Source: Raillietiella orientalis (lineage: Eukaryota). Taken from it: DNA of 64,000 nt. Shown here piece by piece: positions 47,901-63,198 of this stretch. Every line of letters begins with the position of its first letter. The first letter of the stretch is position 1. The stretch lies in NCBI GenBank assembly GCA_036172245.1, contig JAYWIR010000046.1, forward strand, positions 62,001 to 126,000, given 5' to 3'. The notes under the pieces are model-generated. The model was not told the origin of the DNA and ran no database searches. It saw nothing but the letters and a program-made list of their open reading frames with translations. The position numbers and the translations under genes were made by a program.

Positions 47901-50900
47901 AATAAAAAAGCTTCGGTTTTTTATACTTTTTACTTTGTAATCTATAAGGTATATTTCGAATCACCTTCATGCTTATGATCTGCAGAAATGATTTTCACAT
48001 TTCCTGCTGATACTGCTTGGCAAGTATAGACAGGAACTTCCTTTATTTGCACGATGTTCCGATTTTCTATACGAATTGATTATTGCTTGAAGTTTGTATG
48101 TCCAACTTACCAAAAGTTTCCATTTCATTAATTACTTGGGCCTGTGCAGAGGAAGCCTCCAAATAATTCAAGTTCAGTAAATTTGATGAGTCATCAATAT
48201 AAAGCTTTAAAAAAAAAAAAAAAATATGCAGACAATTGGAGATTTTTTATTGCCAACCTGATCACCGTCAAGGTCCCCTTCTGACCTGGGATTTTCAGGG
48301 ATAACCGTCAGTTGAAACTCTTGTAATGCCTCATTTCTTGAATACAAACATGAATATACTTTGAAATATGACAAAAAAAAAAAAATAGAATTCGACTTAC
48401 TTTGGTGTCTGCTTTGATTTGCTAAATAATACATCAGAGTGTTCAGCAGTCTGCTCTTTACCAAGTGACTTGGGAATAACATTTGAAGATGTATAACAAC
48501 TAGCAGTGCTACTACACTCTATTTCTTCATTTGGCTTTCCTAACATAGGCCCTAACGAGACCTGGCCAATATCTAATTCAAAATAAAATTAATTCTAATC
48601 AAAATGTTCAATGGTCGGAGTTCACCAACTTCTAAGCTGATTTGCCAAAGGTTCCATGTATCCTCGACATCTGTGTAGAACAGCCCACAGTACATTTAAG
48701 ACAATACGTATTAATCCTTGCACCTGAGATGCAAGAGGCTCTTGGTTATAGCGATACTAAAATTCAGCAACTGAATAAAACACGTTCTTGGAAAACATAC
48801 TTTGTATAAAAACACGATCGATGACATCAGCCAAGAGTGACGATCTTGAGGAGCCAAATACCATAATGAGTTCTGTATGATATGCTTTTCCGCAATGCAC
48901 TTTTGCAAAGATGAACAATACAGAAGAATCGAAAAAAACACCGAGGCCAAATGACTTCCAACAGAAAAATTGAAATCCAGCATCTGAGCTAAATTTGCCA
49001 TAAATCCATGAAAAATGGGGAGGTTTCTAAAAACTTGATTTGTACAAATCTTTTACATAGTTTACTGAACCTAAGTCGGTAGGGTGGAATACTAAAACTG
49101 CGCTCGCTTGAATTAAACCCTAACATTCCATAGAAATGCTGAAGAACCAAATATTCAGGATTAGACTGACTTTTTTCTTCATATGAGTTTCCCTTGAAAA
49201 AAATTCATGTTCTACTCCACATTTACGGCAACTGATGTATCTCTCACCTGATGTGTTTTTGACAAAAAATTCATAAAAAGAAAAATAAGCAGGGGCAACG
49301 TATTCCGATCTATTTCCTCAAGTTCGGCTATTTTTGATGTACATGAAGAAGATGTAGATTCTTCTGAACGCAAGCCGCTAACTTCATTAAATATTGACAT
49401 GTTAGCAGGCATTGGAAGTTGTCCAATGCTGAGTTTAAAACTTTTCTTCTTCACAAGTACTGGAGATGAGACCTGAAGGTGATACATTCTTTCCTTGTCA
49501 TTTCCTAAAAATGTTTGGTCCAAAATTACCATAGGGTGCTAAATGATGTCATCAAATTCCCCAGCAATTGTACAAAAAAGTTAACATTCGTAACAATGAA
49601 ATCATACTTGTCTTATCAAGCATGTCTGCAGGAGCTGATTGAGTACGTTTGTAGGGCCATTTCGTTCCAAAGCTAGAACTGAGTGTCCGAACGTTTTCTG
49701 AATCCATTTGCCAAACCGTAAGCGCCTCTTGAGCTCGACTTAACTTTCGCATATAAATTTCACTGTTCAAATCACTATTCTGGATATCTGTTTAAGAAAC
49801 CAAACAAGCATACACAACGATTAATATAATACATACATCAATATGGTTCATATTACCTCGCGGAAATTGTGAATCAGACTTATCTGATGCTAACTGAGCT
49901 TCCAGAAGTAAGGTGTCAAAACGATCCAAGAAGAACTGCCATGTTAACACTCTCTTTTTGGGTATTTGATTGAACAAGCAAAGTAAAGTTTGCAAAATCA
50001 TTGGACGATCAATTATGACAACATCAAATTGAGCTTCTAAACATTCAACTATCAACTGAAATGTGATTTTCAAGTAATCAATTATAATCCTAAACCTGAC
50101 TACACTTAGACCTGTAAAGCATTTTCGGTAAATGTTTCCAAAAAATATGCTGCTCTGTTGGCTACCAAACCACTAATATCATTCACACTGTTAATAAGGT
50201 AAGTAAATGCCGTGGCTAATGCTGACTGAACGAACTGCTGACCCCTTACTTCATTAATATTAGCAAAGTGGGCGATCACAGCTATTTTTTCAACTGGGTA
50301 CCACGAGAGTTCAAATGACTTATCAATAATGATCATATTACCTGCGATAAAACGATCATCTCTGCAGGTAGAATGGAATAAATTGGACATAAATTTATAA
50401 AAAGTGTCTTCACCATTCGGAAGAGATATGCTATGTATGAGTACAGAAACCACTACATGGGCAATGTGTGAGAAATTAGCCTGCAACCAAATCCATACAC
50501 TGCAAACAATGAAAATACAAAATTCTGCTTTCATATTCGCACCAGTTGATTATGAGATTTTCCTGGATCCAAATCAAGAACCCTTTATATTCTTTTTGAG
50601 CTTTCACTAATACTTTTATTTGCAAAATTAAATCGGAGAGAATTTGCCACATCGGATAAACGATATCTGGGTTTTGTTGTTTTAAAATATTCTGCAATAT
50701 TTATTTCAAAATAATTGCATAAAATGTATTCCTATTACCTTTAGAAGAAAATAAATATACTGCAGAAAACAAGGTAAGTCCGACAAAGAAAATTTAAACT
50801 TTCCTTGAGATGTTACCCAAAACTGGTCCTCATTAGTATGTGTAAATTGCAAGTCTTTATGTACAGGTAAATCAGCATCACCATCCAATAAAACTGGTTC

Positions 50901-53900
50901 TTCAACTTTAGCAGTTGCTACAGCTAAAAACAAAGCATAAAAATAGAACATTGCTGGCTATAAGAGGGTTATTCTTTGGAAAATAAAGGAAAATCGTTCT
51001 TTTTTGAACTGATTTTAATGACACGTCCAAAGCAAGGTATGACTCTGGGAATATTTTCAAAAGATCACTGATGCAATAAATTCTTTAGAACTACACATAG
51101 CATAAAAGCAACTAGACTTATTAAGGCAGTTAAAAAAAAAACTTCTTCAATGCACATGTACGATTACAATAAAAAATATTACAAACCAGAGGCAATAAAA
51201 TCTTAAACAGGTTTACAAGAACATCCACTAAAATGATGCACTTCTTGATTCTGAGAATAAATAGTTTTGTTCAGCAAACAACCCCTACTTCGGCTAAATA
51301 TGTGTGTATTAACGAGAGGGAATCTTTTATTAATAAAATGAAATCATTTGAAAGAAACCACAATAAAACAGCTGCAATCACCAAGAAACTCTGATAATCT
51401 CATTCTATTCAAGTGTAACATGATAGTTTGATGACACACAATAATGAATATCGCTGTTGTTCTGATAAAAAAGCGTAGTGATGAAAAGAATAATTGCTAT
51501 TCAAAAGCATAGATCTTGCAAAAACCTGAATGCCATGAAAATATTTCAAGTCCATGTTTCAAAAATAATTGCTTTTTTAATATGAGCACCAATGCATCTA
51601 CAAATCCATAATCATAAATCTCACAGAGTAAGTTTCAAAAAAAATAAAATAAAGCTTATAATGATACACAGTTGAGATAATTATAATTCAAGCAGTATGA
51701 CAAGTGACTGCATGTAACTTTAAGAGGTTAAGATGGCAATCAAAATTGATTTATGAAACAATATTGTTATGCAACCCGAGCTGCCTTTTAGTTAATCCCC
51801 ATTAATGAAATCTATGACATTTTGTGGCAATGAAACAAACCAATTTGAAGAGTAAAAGTGCATTTAAAAACTAATTCTGCTTCTGAAAGGTATGACTTTG
51901 AAAAAAAGTGAAAAGGAAATAATAAATGTAACGAATTAATAAAGCATACATTTAGAACAAAGTATTTTGAGAATGTTGCACTATATTCTTGATTTTGTAA
52001 ACAGCTGTACGATCAACAACAACAAAAAATAAATGCAATTTAAACTAATCACTGCCGTTTTCCATGTTTTCCATTCCATGTTTTTTTTTTTTTGTTAATT
52101 TTTAAGCTATAAACAATTTTAATCTTCAACTGATGCTGCAAATGAAACACAGCCAAACATATGTGAAAGAATGTTTTTAAAAACAGCATGAATACAGTTT
52201 TCCAATTTAAATTGATATTTCGAATATCCTATAATGGTATGCTCCAACAGACACAATCAATGAAAGTCAACCTCCAAGTTATGAAATACACACATAGTCC
52301 GATTTAGAAACCAAATGGTAGCAGTGAATCAGGTAAAAAAGTGGCTATAATTTAGTCCTTGTTTGAACAAAGGTAACCTTTGTAAATAATGTAGTTTTTA
52401 GTAATTGAATTTACCATTACTGTTGTAATATCGCATAAGCATGTCTTTGCATATCTTTCTTTGGTAATATGAAAAAAAGCATATCTTTGGTAATATGAAA
52501 TACAAGAGACTGAATTTTTTTAAACCAATGTAAATAACTTATTTGTAAGTTAAATTTTTTGTAAATTCTGTACATATTAAAACTCGAAGCTTTACGAAAT
52601 TCTTGGTTATGTAAGTACCCAACACAGTCTGCAATGCAGGTATCATAAAGATGGTACATAAACCGTAATTTATAACAGTTATTTGAATACACTAAAATAT
52701 GCAGAAAACCACATTCAAATAATGAATTCAATTACTTTACCAAGATCTGTTTCTGACAATGTTACTTCTTTGGCAACTGCTTTCATTACTTTTTCAACAG
52801 GAATAGCAGCAGCTGTATCCAAATCTCCTATAGCTTCCAGTGATGCAACTTGAATTTTGGGCAATAACACAACCATGTTAGTCTCAGGTACATGGGCAGG
52901 ATCAAGAGTCTTGACAGTTTCAGAGGATTTGGAATCTTTTCCTAATCCTTTCATGTTCCCAGAGTCTTCTAATACTTCTTCTTTGGAAATAGGTTTCTAA
53001 CCATATTACACAGCTAATCAGCATTGCTAAATTTTTTAATATAAATGACAAAAATGCATTCAGTAAGTACACAATGTTTAATGAAAACAAGCACTGAAAA
53101 ACTAAGCAGATCTGAAAAGTACATTCATATATCTGCATGAACAATTTTAAAAATTCTGGCATTCAAGTCTATGAACACTATTGCTACTCACATTTAATAT
53201 GAAACTATTTTTCTGGGGTGAAAGAATGTGAATTATTTTTCCTGATAACTGGTACCATAAAATAATCAATTCGCAAAAATTACATTCATCGACATTTGCA
53301 TTGCATGTATGTGTACCTTCCCAAGGGAAGCTTAACATTTTCGTCATCAAAAATACAACTTCCTGAATTATAGCATTTTCATTTTCTTGATTGGAGGGCC
53401 AATCAAAAGACTCAAACTTTCATTTCTTAAATAAACGAACACAAAATCATCGACTCACCAATTTCAATAAAATATCCAACATATATACAAAACATATCAA
53501 AGAAACATGAACTCCAAATGGATAAATGGAATGCATCTGCTTTTCTGGAAAGAGAAAAAAGAAAAAAAAACTACTAGTTTTATATAAATATATTTCGGAA
53601 CAAAGATTTTTGCTATTTTATGGTCACAGAAATGGAATTCACTAATTTATAGCATATACAGTAGTGTGAATCACAATACAGAAATTTGAGTAACAAGAAA
53701 CTAAAATTACTCGGGTGTATAATAGTCAAAATTATCCATCAAACATAAAAAGCAGATGTAAAACAACATTACGATTAAATGGTTACAAATATGCATTACC
53801 ATCATCTATGCTGTGACAACTCTGATTCTTTGTTCTTGTCACATTAGTTAAAGCTTGATGAAACATGGAAAGCAGAAGAAAAATAGGTATTGGAACTTTC

Positions 53901-56900
53901 AATAAGGCAAGCACCTAGAAACATTTAATTGAATTTAGAATTGAACTTAATTGTAATGCAAAGAATGAGAAAAAGGAAATCATTAATTCCAGCTAGCAAA
54001 AGCATGATTATGTTCACAAAACAAAGGACTTCTTAAACTCAATTGTTATTGCATGACTCATCATCAAATCCAAAAACAAAACATACTTTTCAAGGTTATC
54101 GAAACTTATATACTTTTCAAATAATGTGAAGTTTCCAATGGCTTTCATATTAAGATCGTTTTCATGAATATTTATTGGAGAAATTTTTCGGATTCCCTTT
54201 TTGTATGGTATTAATACACAAAAGATCTAAGTTTTTCTAATCACTAAAAGTTTGAAAATCAATATACTTTAACAAATGCTTACTCAAGCATGCAAATGAG
54301 TTTTCCTTTAAGTTATAGAATCTTTATTTGAAAATGCTACGTACAAGAAATTACAATAGTCCCAAATAATCCCAAAATTAATTTTAGATTCAACACAGCA
54401 TGACATGAAATCCATTTTTACAAGTGATACATGTTTATCAAGAATATTATAAAATCAAAAGAAAGCTAAAGCATGCATTGTGAAAAACGAAGTACCTAAG
54501 TCACGTATTTGTCATTTTATGTAATTATAACTATTCACTTTAGGCAAAAAATAACAATAAAAAATTGTATCTCATTAATCAGATACAGTACCTACTTGGT
54601 CTTTTTAAGACTTGCACTCAAAGAGAGCTATATTTTATGAACTTAATATTTGTTATATACAATATTACTTAATAATTTAGAGCAAACGATTTAGCACTTA
54701 TATGTAAATGTGCTTATGAAAAAAAGTGCACAATAAATATAAGAAACTTTCACCAATGTGCTAAACTTTGTGTAAAATTTGCCCATTTTTATGCAATTGT
54801 ACGATTTCCCCTTTCATTTTTAAACTGCTTACCTAAAAGAGCATGCCAATTTGGGAAAATTTTACTTCACAGTAATCAGTTTCAAAAATGCATACCTGTA
54901 ACCAGGTTAATCCTTTCTCTACCTCTTCCCAGAATTCGGTTTGAAACTTTTTTGAAATAAAAAAATATGCCTGCAATGAATCAAAACCTAAGGGGCTCAT
55001 TTCCATGTCAAAAAGCTTACTGAAAAATAAACAGATAAAATATATATATTTTTTTAACTTAATACCTAATAATACTTCTAAAATCATGTAATTTATCTTC
55101 AGAGACATCGTTTCTTATGGCCTCAATCCAGTGTGGCATAATACAGTTCCATACTTCTGCAGAAATTAATTCATAAGGAACCAAGCACAACAGTAGAGAG
55201 AATCCATGTTTCAGGTGATCAGTCTTTGAAAGCAAAAAGTCCCTGCAATCCATTAGACCAAATTAACAAACCTGATCAACTTACCAGATCCCTCCAACAC
55301 AGAATGATTCCTTAGAATAAGGCATTAGACATTCAACAAAAACATTAAATTTAACAGCCAATATTTTCTGAATCCAGTTCTGTATGCATCCAACTTTCAT
55401 AGCACCAAAAGCATTGTTCATCTGTGCTAAACAAGAAAAGAGTTCACATCAGATAGTTTTGTGATGTTAGTTGTAATTAAGAATAATGAGAGTGAAATAG
55501 CAGTATACAAAAACTTCAAACATTTTCTTCATTTAATAGGATACAAAGAATGCAGAAAGTTTGAAAAAAAAACAAAACCTTTTCAACAAATACCCTTTGC
55601 TTGCAAATTTGATGAAAATTATATTTTTATTAAACATGACTTATCAATTACTTTTTGTTCTCTTTCTGCTACTAAATACATATGAAAAATCAATGCCTTA
55701 CATGTAAATTTTAATGTATTATTTAACTGGGGCACTCAGTTATTTTGTTTCACTCCACTTCTGCTAATAAATTTATTATTTATTCATGCTTTTTTTTTAG
55801 ATTAAGAATTATATTACAACACAAAACGGAGTTTTTGTTAAATGTCCCAAGTTCTCAAAGTTTGCAACTAGCAGGATCCCTTGATAGTTGCAAAAGGAAG
55901 TTCACCTTCACAGGAAATGTAAAAACAATAATTATGATAAAAATTCAATTAGTTTCTCCACTTTCTGAAATTTTTTCTCAAGGATTCAATAAGAGAAAAA
56001 AAAAAGCAAACTTTATACTGAAATGCAAGCATTATATATTGAACTTGCTAGTTTCTGAATTTGCTATGAATCAAACAAATGGGCACTAGAAGAATCCAGA
56101 GATACGCTAATCTACCGATAATACAATCTACTGAATTAGATACGGAGCGGAAAAATCACTGCAGTCGAAAATGTTGGAAGAGTAAACACGTCAGTTATTC
56201 AACACAACATTGTTAAAGAATGTACAAAATTCACTCTAAAAACAAAAACCTTTAACTTTTGTACAATGTAACTCGAAAAACTCGAAATGTGGAAAATGTC
56301 CCTGATGCTGCATAGATAAACTAAATTGTTGAGCACAAAAACCATTCCAAAGCAACTAAACCTAAATATTTTAAACAGATGAAGAGAAACAAAACTAAAG
56401 GAAGCATATGCTGGACCAATTCAACAAATGCGCCACAATAAAACTTGTTCCAAAAGCTTGTTCAAGCTCACAGAAATTGTTTTAAAATACTGCTTTTAAC
56501 TCATCGTTCTAGAAAAAAAAAAATTTGAGGTTAAAAACTTTTTCATCCTTAATGGTAACTTTAGAATAATTAATTTATTTCTATATTTCGATACATGGAT
56601 TATATGTTTTATTCTTGCATACAGAGAATTCAATAAATATTAGAGTAGCAAAATGAACTCACCGAATGTGTTAAATATAACGTAAACATTAAGTAACAAA
56701 AATAGCATAAGCACATCTCAAATGTTTCCTGAAACTAAGTAAATCTTTGAGCATACAAAAATGAAATTTCGCCAGTTCAGTTCCAAACGTTACGTCTGCT
56801 AACTCAAACATGATAAATGTCATATCTTATGACAAAATGTAATCGCATGATACTGAAATTCTTTGAAAACTGTCATATTTACAATGAAAGAGGGAGCACA

Positions 56901-59900
56901 ATTCACAGCTGAATGATGAAAATTCGATCATAAATTATCTAATCAAGACATGTTGCATGCTGAATGTACTTTTCATGAATGTACTAAATTCACTAAAAAT
57001 AATGTCCCAAAAACTGGAAACTTTGATTAATGTAACCAACATATAAGAGTGTTGTTAACTTCTGAATTCAAAAGTAATAATTACCATTTGAAAGACAGGA
57101 TGTTGCATCAAACCACTGGAAAACCATAGCAAGTAATCTTCCAATCATATTCTAAAAGGTAATATAAATTCTGAAGACATTAAGTTGCAAATTACATTTC
57201 CTATTTTGGCTACTGAATCACATAAATACATCAGCAACCATATTCCATATCGTGAACGCCACTGTCGTTGCTCCACGGTAGCAACAAACCCAATATTTGA
57301 AGATCCATCTATTTGTTTACAGTGCAAAAATTTATGCTGATGTTGTAAACTTATTCTTGCTTGTGCTTCTTTTAAGAGACTGGAAGTGAAATTTCCATAA
57401 ATACTCATTACCACAAACACCCTGCATTTGTACCGAATAATTGCATCTACGGTAATTATTTGTAAATTGTTATCTAATTCTTGGAGTGAAGTGAAAAACA
57501 TATGAAATCGATGTATTTTTCCATTTTCTGAACCATGGATATTATTATGGCATTGTTCACACATATAAAGTGGTCTATCATTGTTACAACAAATGCAGTC
57601 ATCCGAAAAGCAGATCACAGCACTTATTGCATTACTGGTTTTGCATAACTAAAATGCAAAAATCAATTACATAATCGCATAATTAAACAAATCACAAGGA
57701 AGCACAGCTTTTAATCTTGAAATTCACTATGATTACAACTTTCATGATTTTGTACATGGTTTAAATTATATGATCTAATGTTTTTGTATTTGCTTATTGC
57801 AAATATTACTTATTTCAATCTTGTTTCAGGACACTAAAATTTGATTGCTTCATCTATGATGAACTGGAAATGCCATTTAGGTTTTGATCTATCAGAATTT
57901 GAATGGTCATGAAACATGCCCTTTAACATGAAACTTTCACTCTCAGTTTCACTCATTTTTTCAAAATTTCCATCCTTGTTTGCACAGAAACATTAATGAA
58001 TGCACCGTTAATTTCAGTTTCTTTTTGTATTTTTATGAACTGCTTTGTCTTACATACTAACTTATGTTTTCAGTGCTTCGAATTTGCATCATAACAAGTT
58101 GAAACGCTGACTGCAGCAATAACGCATCTTAGGATTTTCTTTTCCATTTTATTTATATTTTATGGAAGCCAATTTTTATGTGACTTCCGTCTTGATTTCC
58201 ATAAAACATTCAATGCTGCTTTAATGTGGAAGCAATGTGTCTTCCAATAATACTTCAGTTTCAAGATTCTATTTTTCAAGAAAATGGAAGTTTTCTTCCT
58301 TAATATGCAAGATAATGCTAAATTTCAAATCTGTTTTCAAACATTCAGTTCTTATGAAGAGACTCACGAACATGAACAAAACAACACAACATTGTTAAAG
58401 AGTGTACAAAATTCACTCAAAAAACAAAATTTGAAAAACCTTTCATTTTTTTACAATATAACTCGGAAAAAAAATTCTTCGATTTTTTTTAACTTTTTTT
58501 ATTTATTTAAAAAATTATGATTATATTTTGGTAAGTATTTGAACATTTAACTTGGATGAAATTGATGAGAATTTAAAATAGTAGTGAGAGAGCAACCCAG
58601 ATGGTAAACTAGATCACAGAATACAATCAATTATTTTTCTAAATGATTTCAAAAGGTCTCTAAAGTACAGTTCCTTGGAATGCAGTTCCCAATGAGGTAA
58701 GGGTATCAAAATGCCAAAAATACACAATACACAATAACACTGGAATTAATTAAGCATATTAACTCGAACACATGCAAATGGGAACCTCATTATCCATTAA
58801 ATCCATTAAAAAAATAAATTATATGGTCTACGGACTGCAATTTGCAAAAAACAATATTGACAAGCACATGTGCAAGAAGGTTCCCTACCAACAGACAATA
58901 TTGATCTTGAAATGTTGGAGTCATTTCTTTATTGGACCAATGTATGATGATCTGCCAATTCCAATAGCAAAAGCAAAACATCGTATTTCTCAATAGAGCC
59001 ATTCCACAAAGAATGATTTTTTCCGCATTCTTACTTAAATATATTCGATTCAAAAAAGCTATTTTTATTTCAATCTTTCTATGGCGCTGTCCTATAACCT
59101 TAGATTGATTTTTTCAACAAAAAACATCAAATTCTAATGTAGTTTGAAGTAAAACTCCTCCATTTCAAATGGAGGTTTGGCTTTTTAAATATCCAGGTCT
59201 TTTATTCTGTTTTCATATTAGCTTACTTTATGCTTTTAATTTCTGTACTTATTAACTCTTTGGACTTTCTTTTTTATTTGCAAGTATTTTTTATTTATTT
59301 GCTTTTGAATGTAAATGCAATGAATTGAATGCCATTTTCTAATTCAAAATTTTCAACTATGTGCTATTTTAAAAACTGCTATTAATTGGTCGTGGTTTTG
59401 CTGCTTTTCCACAAATTCTACCAGAATTTTCTCTAACTTGTTATTATCATGTGATTTTCTTGGAATATACGATTCATTGTAACAGAAATTAAAACCCCTT
59501 ACAACACAGCACTATGAAGAAATTCATCATATCATAAAAACTGAAATATGTACCTCGAATCATTTACATCAAAATGAATACACATAAGATAAAAACAAAC
59601 AAACAAACAGAGATCTCTCAATTCAAGAACTAGAAACTAGAAACATGGCAATCCTTGCTTGCTATACTGTATAATATGATCAACCTTCTTTAAACTAGGT
59701 TGAAAAGTGAGGGATAGTAGTTGAATCAAAAAACCTAAAAATTACTTGTGTGATGTTTAAAGTAGGCACACCTTAAGATATTAACCTTCAACTAAGATAC
59801 ACAATCTACGAACTTCAAATAAAGATGTGAAAATAATCAACCCTTTAAAATTTTGCCCCCAGAAAAAACAAACTGAAAACGATAATGGACGAATTTATAA

Positions 59901-62900
59901 AACACACATGCTTTGTATTGAAATAAAAATACCATTAACCATAAAAGATAATTGCAACTGACCATATTCCATTTGATCAAACATCTCTTACTTAAATACA
60001 TTTTTTTGAACAACAAATACATGAGTAAAATGCATTTTCAAGATATATCTCGTACACTTGGCATGCATCTTCATTTAATAATTAGGTACACCAGTACACA
60101 AACAAAAAAATGAACTAAAACCGTAAAATGGATTCCATTTCAAACAGAACAATTAAATCTGCTGATACCTTATTTTCACAATATAAAGAAACTCTATCGA
60201 TTGGCTGAACGACAGTTTCAAAGCAATCTTCAGGCATTTGATTATGCTTCAGATAGCAATCCTCACAAAGATAAAGTGGTAAGGGTGTTTCTTGACTTAG
60301 GGCAAAACACATATTCTGATGCAAGCACATTTTGTGTGCAAAAGCCTTATCATTTGAACAGTGATCATTCTGGCAACAAAATGTTTTTTTTTCTGCAATA
60401 AAATTACAAACATTTCATTAAAAAGAAGTATAGCTCAAAAAATTATACAAAACGCTTTCAAAGCAAACTAATGCTAAATGCTAATTGCTCTGGAACAGTG
60501 AAGATGAATGTACTCCTAACCTTTTACTTTCATGCTAATCTGCCTTCGATCATAGTTACTTGGGTTTAGATGAGGCCAGTAATAAAATAATAAATCTGCA
60601 GCCCGTGCATGTGCTTGATCTGTACCATATGCAATAATGCATAAAAGATCACTTATAACATTTGTTTTCTGAAGCATCATAGATTCTAGAAGCTGACAAT
60701 GCAAGCCTGTAAAATGAATTAAATATAAATCACAATTACCATGCACACAAAAATGGTGATTACATTCATTAAATTCATAAGAAAAATAGATAAAACTCGA
60801 AGAGTACACCAAAACAACGTCAAAATAGGTAACTGGCGCCAATGCACAACTTTTTAAAAAAAGTCAAAATTTCAAGCAGTGCATAGTTTCTGTCATGCAA
60901 ATGAAATTAAAGGGCAAAGTTCAGAATAGCTGCAAGGCAAACCAAGTGAGTTAATGATAAAAAATGCATGAGATTTCCTCAATGTATTTTATGCAAAAAC
61001 ATACTGTGAGACTTAGAAAATAAACATATACCTCTACTGTCTTTTCTGGAAATACTGGATTTATTTCGAGTATTATTTTCCGTAAAACGCAAACATAGCT
61101 CTTAAAATAAAAAAAAATTATTTGCATACAATTACAAAAACTTAACACATTTCATTGGCCAGTTATTTACTTACAAAGGAAATAAACTTCAAATAATGTG
61201 AAACCTATTATTAGTTAATACCGAAGGCGTAGATGCAAAATATATGGAAATAATTTGTTTAGTAGAAAACTGTGGACGTGGAGTAAATATTCAGCAATAA
61301 TCTGACTTTCTTGAAATTCGACATACCTCAATAATATAAGCCTAATTTGAAAGACACCTCAATGAAGAAATTACAATAGGTGATTAATCTTGGAATATAA
61401 AGAATCAAATTATTGAAATAAAAATGGGTGACAAAAAATTATGCTTATTTGATTTGAATCGAATTAATGAAGAAAATGGTTTCGTATTTGCCGCAAGCCT
61501 GATGAAAATCACGAAAGAAAAAGGATTAATCTAGAATCCGAAGATTACACTGCATTGTAACAATTATCTAAAAAATAGAAAACTAAATAGTGCCCTGACA
61601 AAAGAAAATAAAAACAGATTTTAAATAGAAAAGTACGAGATAATTGAGAAAAATGATTATTGTTGATTAATATGGTTGCAGGTCAATGAAGTACTTCAGT
61701 TAATAAGCCACATGCAGATATTTGAAGATTTTTGAACCATTTTTAAGAGAACCTGTTATAGAACACAAACAGTTATTATTTTTACATAACTGCAAGAGGT
61801 ACAAAGAAACTGATTGCACACAAAATTTCGAAAAACACCAACATAATATGCATGCTAACATTTTTCAATTTTTCATCTAAGAAGAATACGATTAATTTTG
61901 TTTACTCATTAGTTTTTTATAAACTTCATTTGCTTAATATCTTAAGTATCCACAAGAAACTACATCGATACTCAAACTTTTTTAACAATGCAAATTTCTC
62001 GAGTGAAGCATAAAACTGTTAAATCTAGAATTTTTTACATCAATCTACTTGAATAAATGAATATTCCTTGCACTTTCAAACTTCAATGACTTTTCCTACA
62101 GTTAAATGATGTGCTCTGTAGATAAATGTGGATGTAAACAGGCTTCAACAGTGTCCGTACCATATGTAAAAAGAACTCATAATCATTTATCATTTATAGC
62201 TTATTTTGTATCATATTTTAATTGTATTTTGAAAAATTCATTTTACAGAGAGGCTGAGGATTAAAAATTCAAAACATTTAAATATGGTTTTATGAGTTTC
62301 CACTCTCTTTACAGTTTGTAAACAATAAAAACATCACATTTGCTGACATGGAATTCTAATTCTAGTCCACGTGAAGATTGACTAAACAAACATTAAGAAA
62401 AACGAGATGAAACAAAATGCAAATCATATAAGAATATATCAAACAATTAATTGTTTCTAATGGATACAGCATTACAAATATATATTTGTAAAAATACTAA
62501 AATAACGGAGTAATATCACTGAAAGATGACTAAAACATGACAAAAAATTATAAAATTCCTTTGATTTTATTTAGCTTGAAGCCCAGTACAAAAAACAACC
62601 CTAATTTTACTAGTTTTGCTTCAAACTTCATTCTCATTCTCAATGGCCATCAAAGGTAAATATTGGAAGGATCACATTAGAAAATGATACATTGTTTGAT
62701 TAAATGTTACACATGCTTGGCATGTTATCTGCAAAATCACAGTAAAAGTTTTTTCTGTGAAATGCTACATTTGTTATTGAAACAACTCAAAACAACAATT
62801 TCAAGCAATTTTTTCTCAAAACATACTAAAAGACAGGTAGCATTCAAGTGCATTCATTCAAAACCCATAATTGCAAAAATTAGAAACTTGCATGACCTGT

Positions 62901-63198
62901 GTTTTCTACATACTGAAGTACCATCATCAAAACAGCAGTTGTAATTTTGGATGCTCTCTTTACAGAGTTTAAACGTCCTAAATGTTTAAACATGACGTGC
63001 TGAATTTGTCAAAATTCTAAAATGACTCACCTAAAGCAAAAGGCAAGATGCAACAAATGTTTTCTATAATTTGTGCTTGCAAAGAACTTGGAAAAGTAGC
63101 CACTAATGAAGCAAATAAACATGGATAGTTCTCAATATTTTCATCATTCAAAAATGGTAAGAGACATCTCAGAGTATGCAAAATTGATTGTCCTAAAA
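44975..63198 (-). CDS. unc-79: UNC-79 (NALCN channel complex subunit), multi-exon; 5' end outside the window
   Basis: Exons read LGQSILHTLRCLLPFL, HCQLLES..DLLCIIAYG, LLCLVPYELISAEVWNCIMPHWIEAI, MSPLGFD, LTWQFFLDRFDTLLLEAQL, FGTKWPYKRTQSAPA, LRVISWLLLGSL, IPTEASCHIADQV and FWARITP. It ends LAQIELQAASDAQVFSV* at 44975, like the known UNC79 C-terminus. Confidence 0.95.
56200..58471 (+). repeat. Dispersed ~80-90 bp repeat, two copies in unc-79 introns (56200-56280 and 58382-58471)
   Basis: Both begin CAACACAACATTGTTAAAGA(A/G)TGTACAAAATTCACTC(T/A)AAAAACAAAA and continue AACCTTT..TACAAT(G/A)TAACTCG. Confidence 0.85.

Noticed and set aside
55530..55550. GTATCCT U12-type donor-like sequence on minus strand
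   Set aside because: It is not at an exon boundary. All junctions I reconstructed are U2-type GT-AG.
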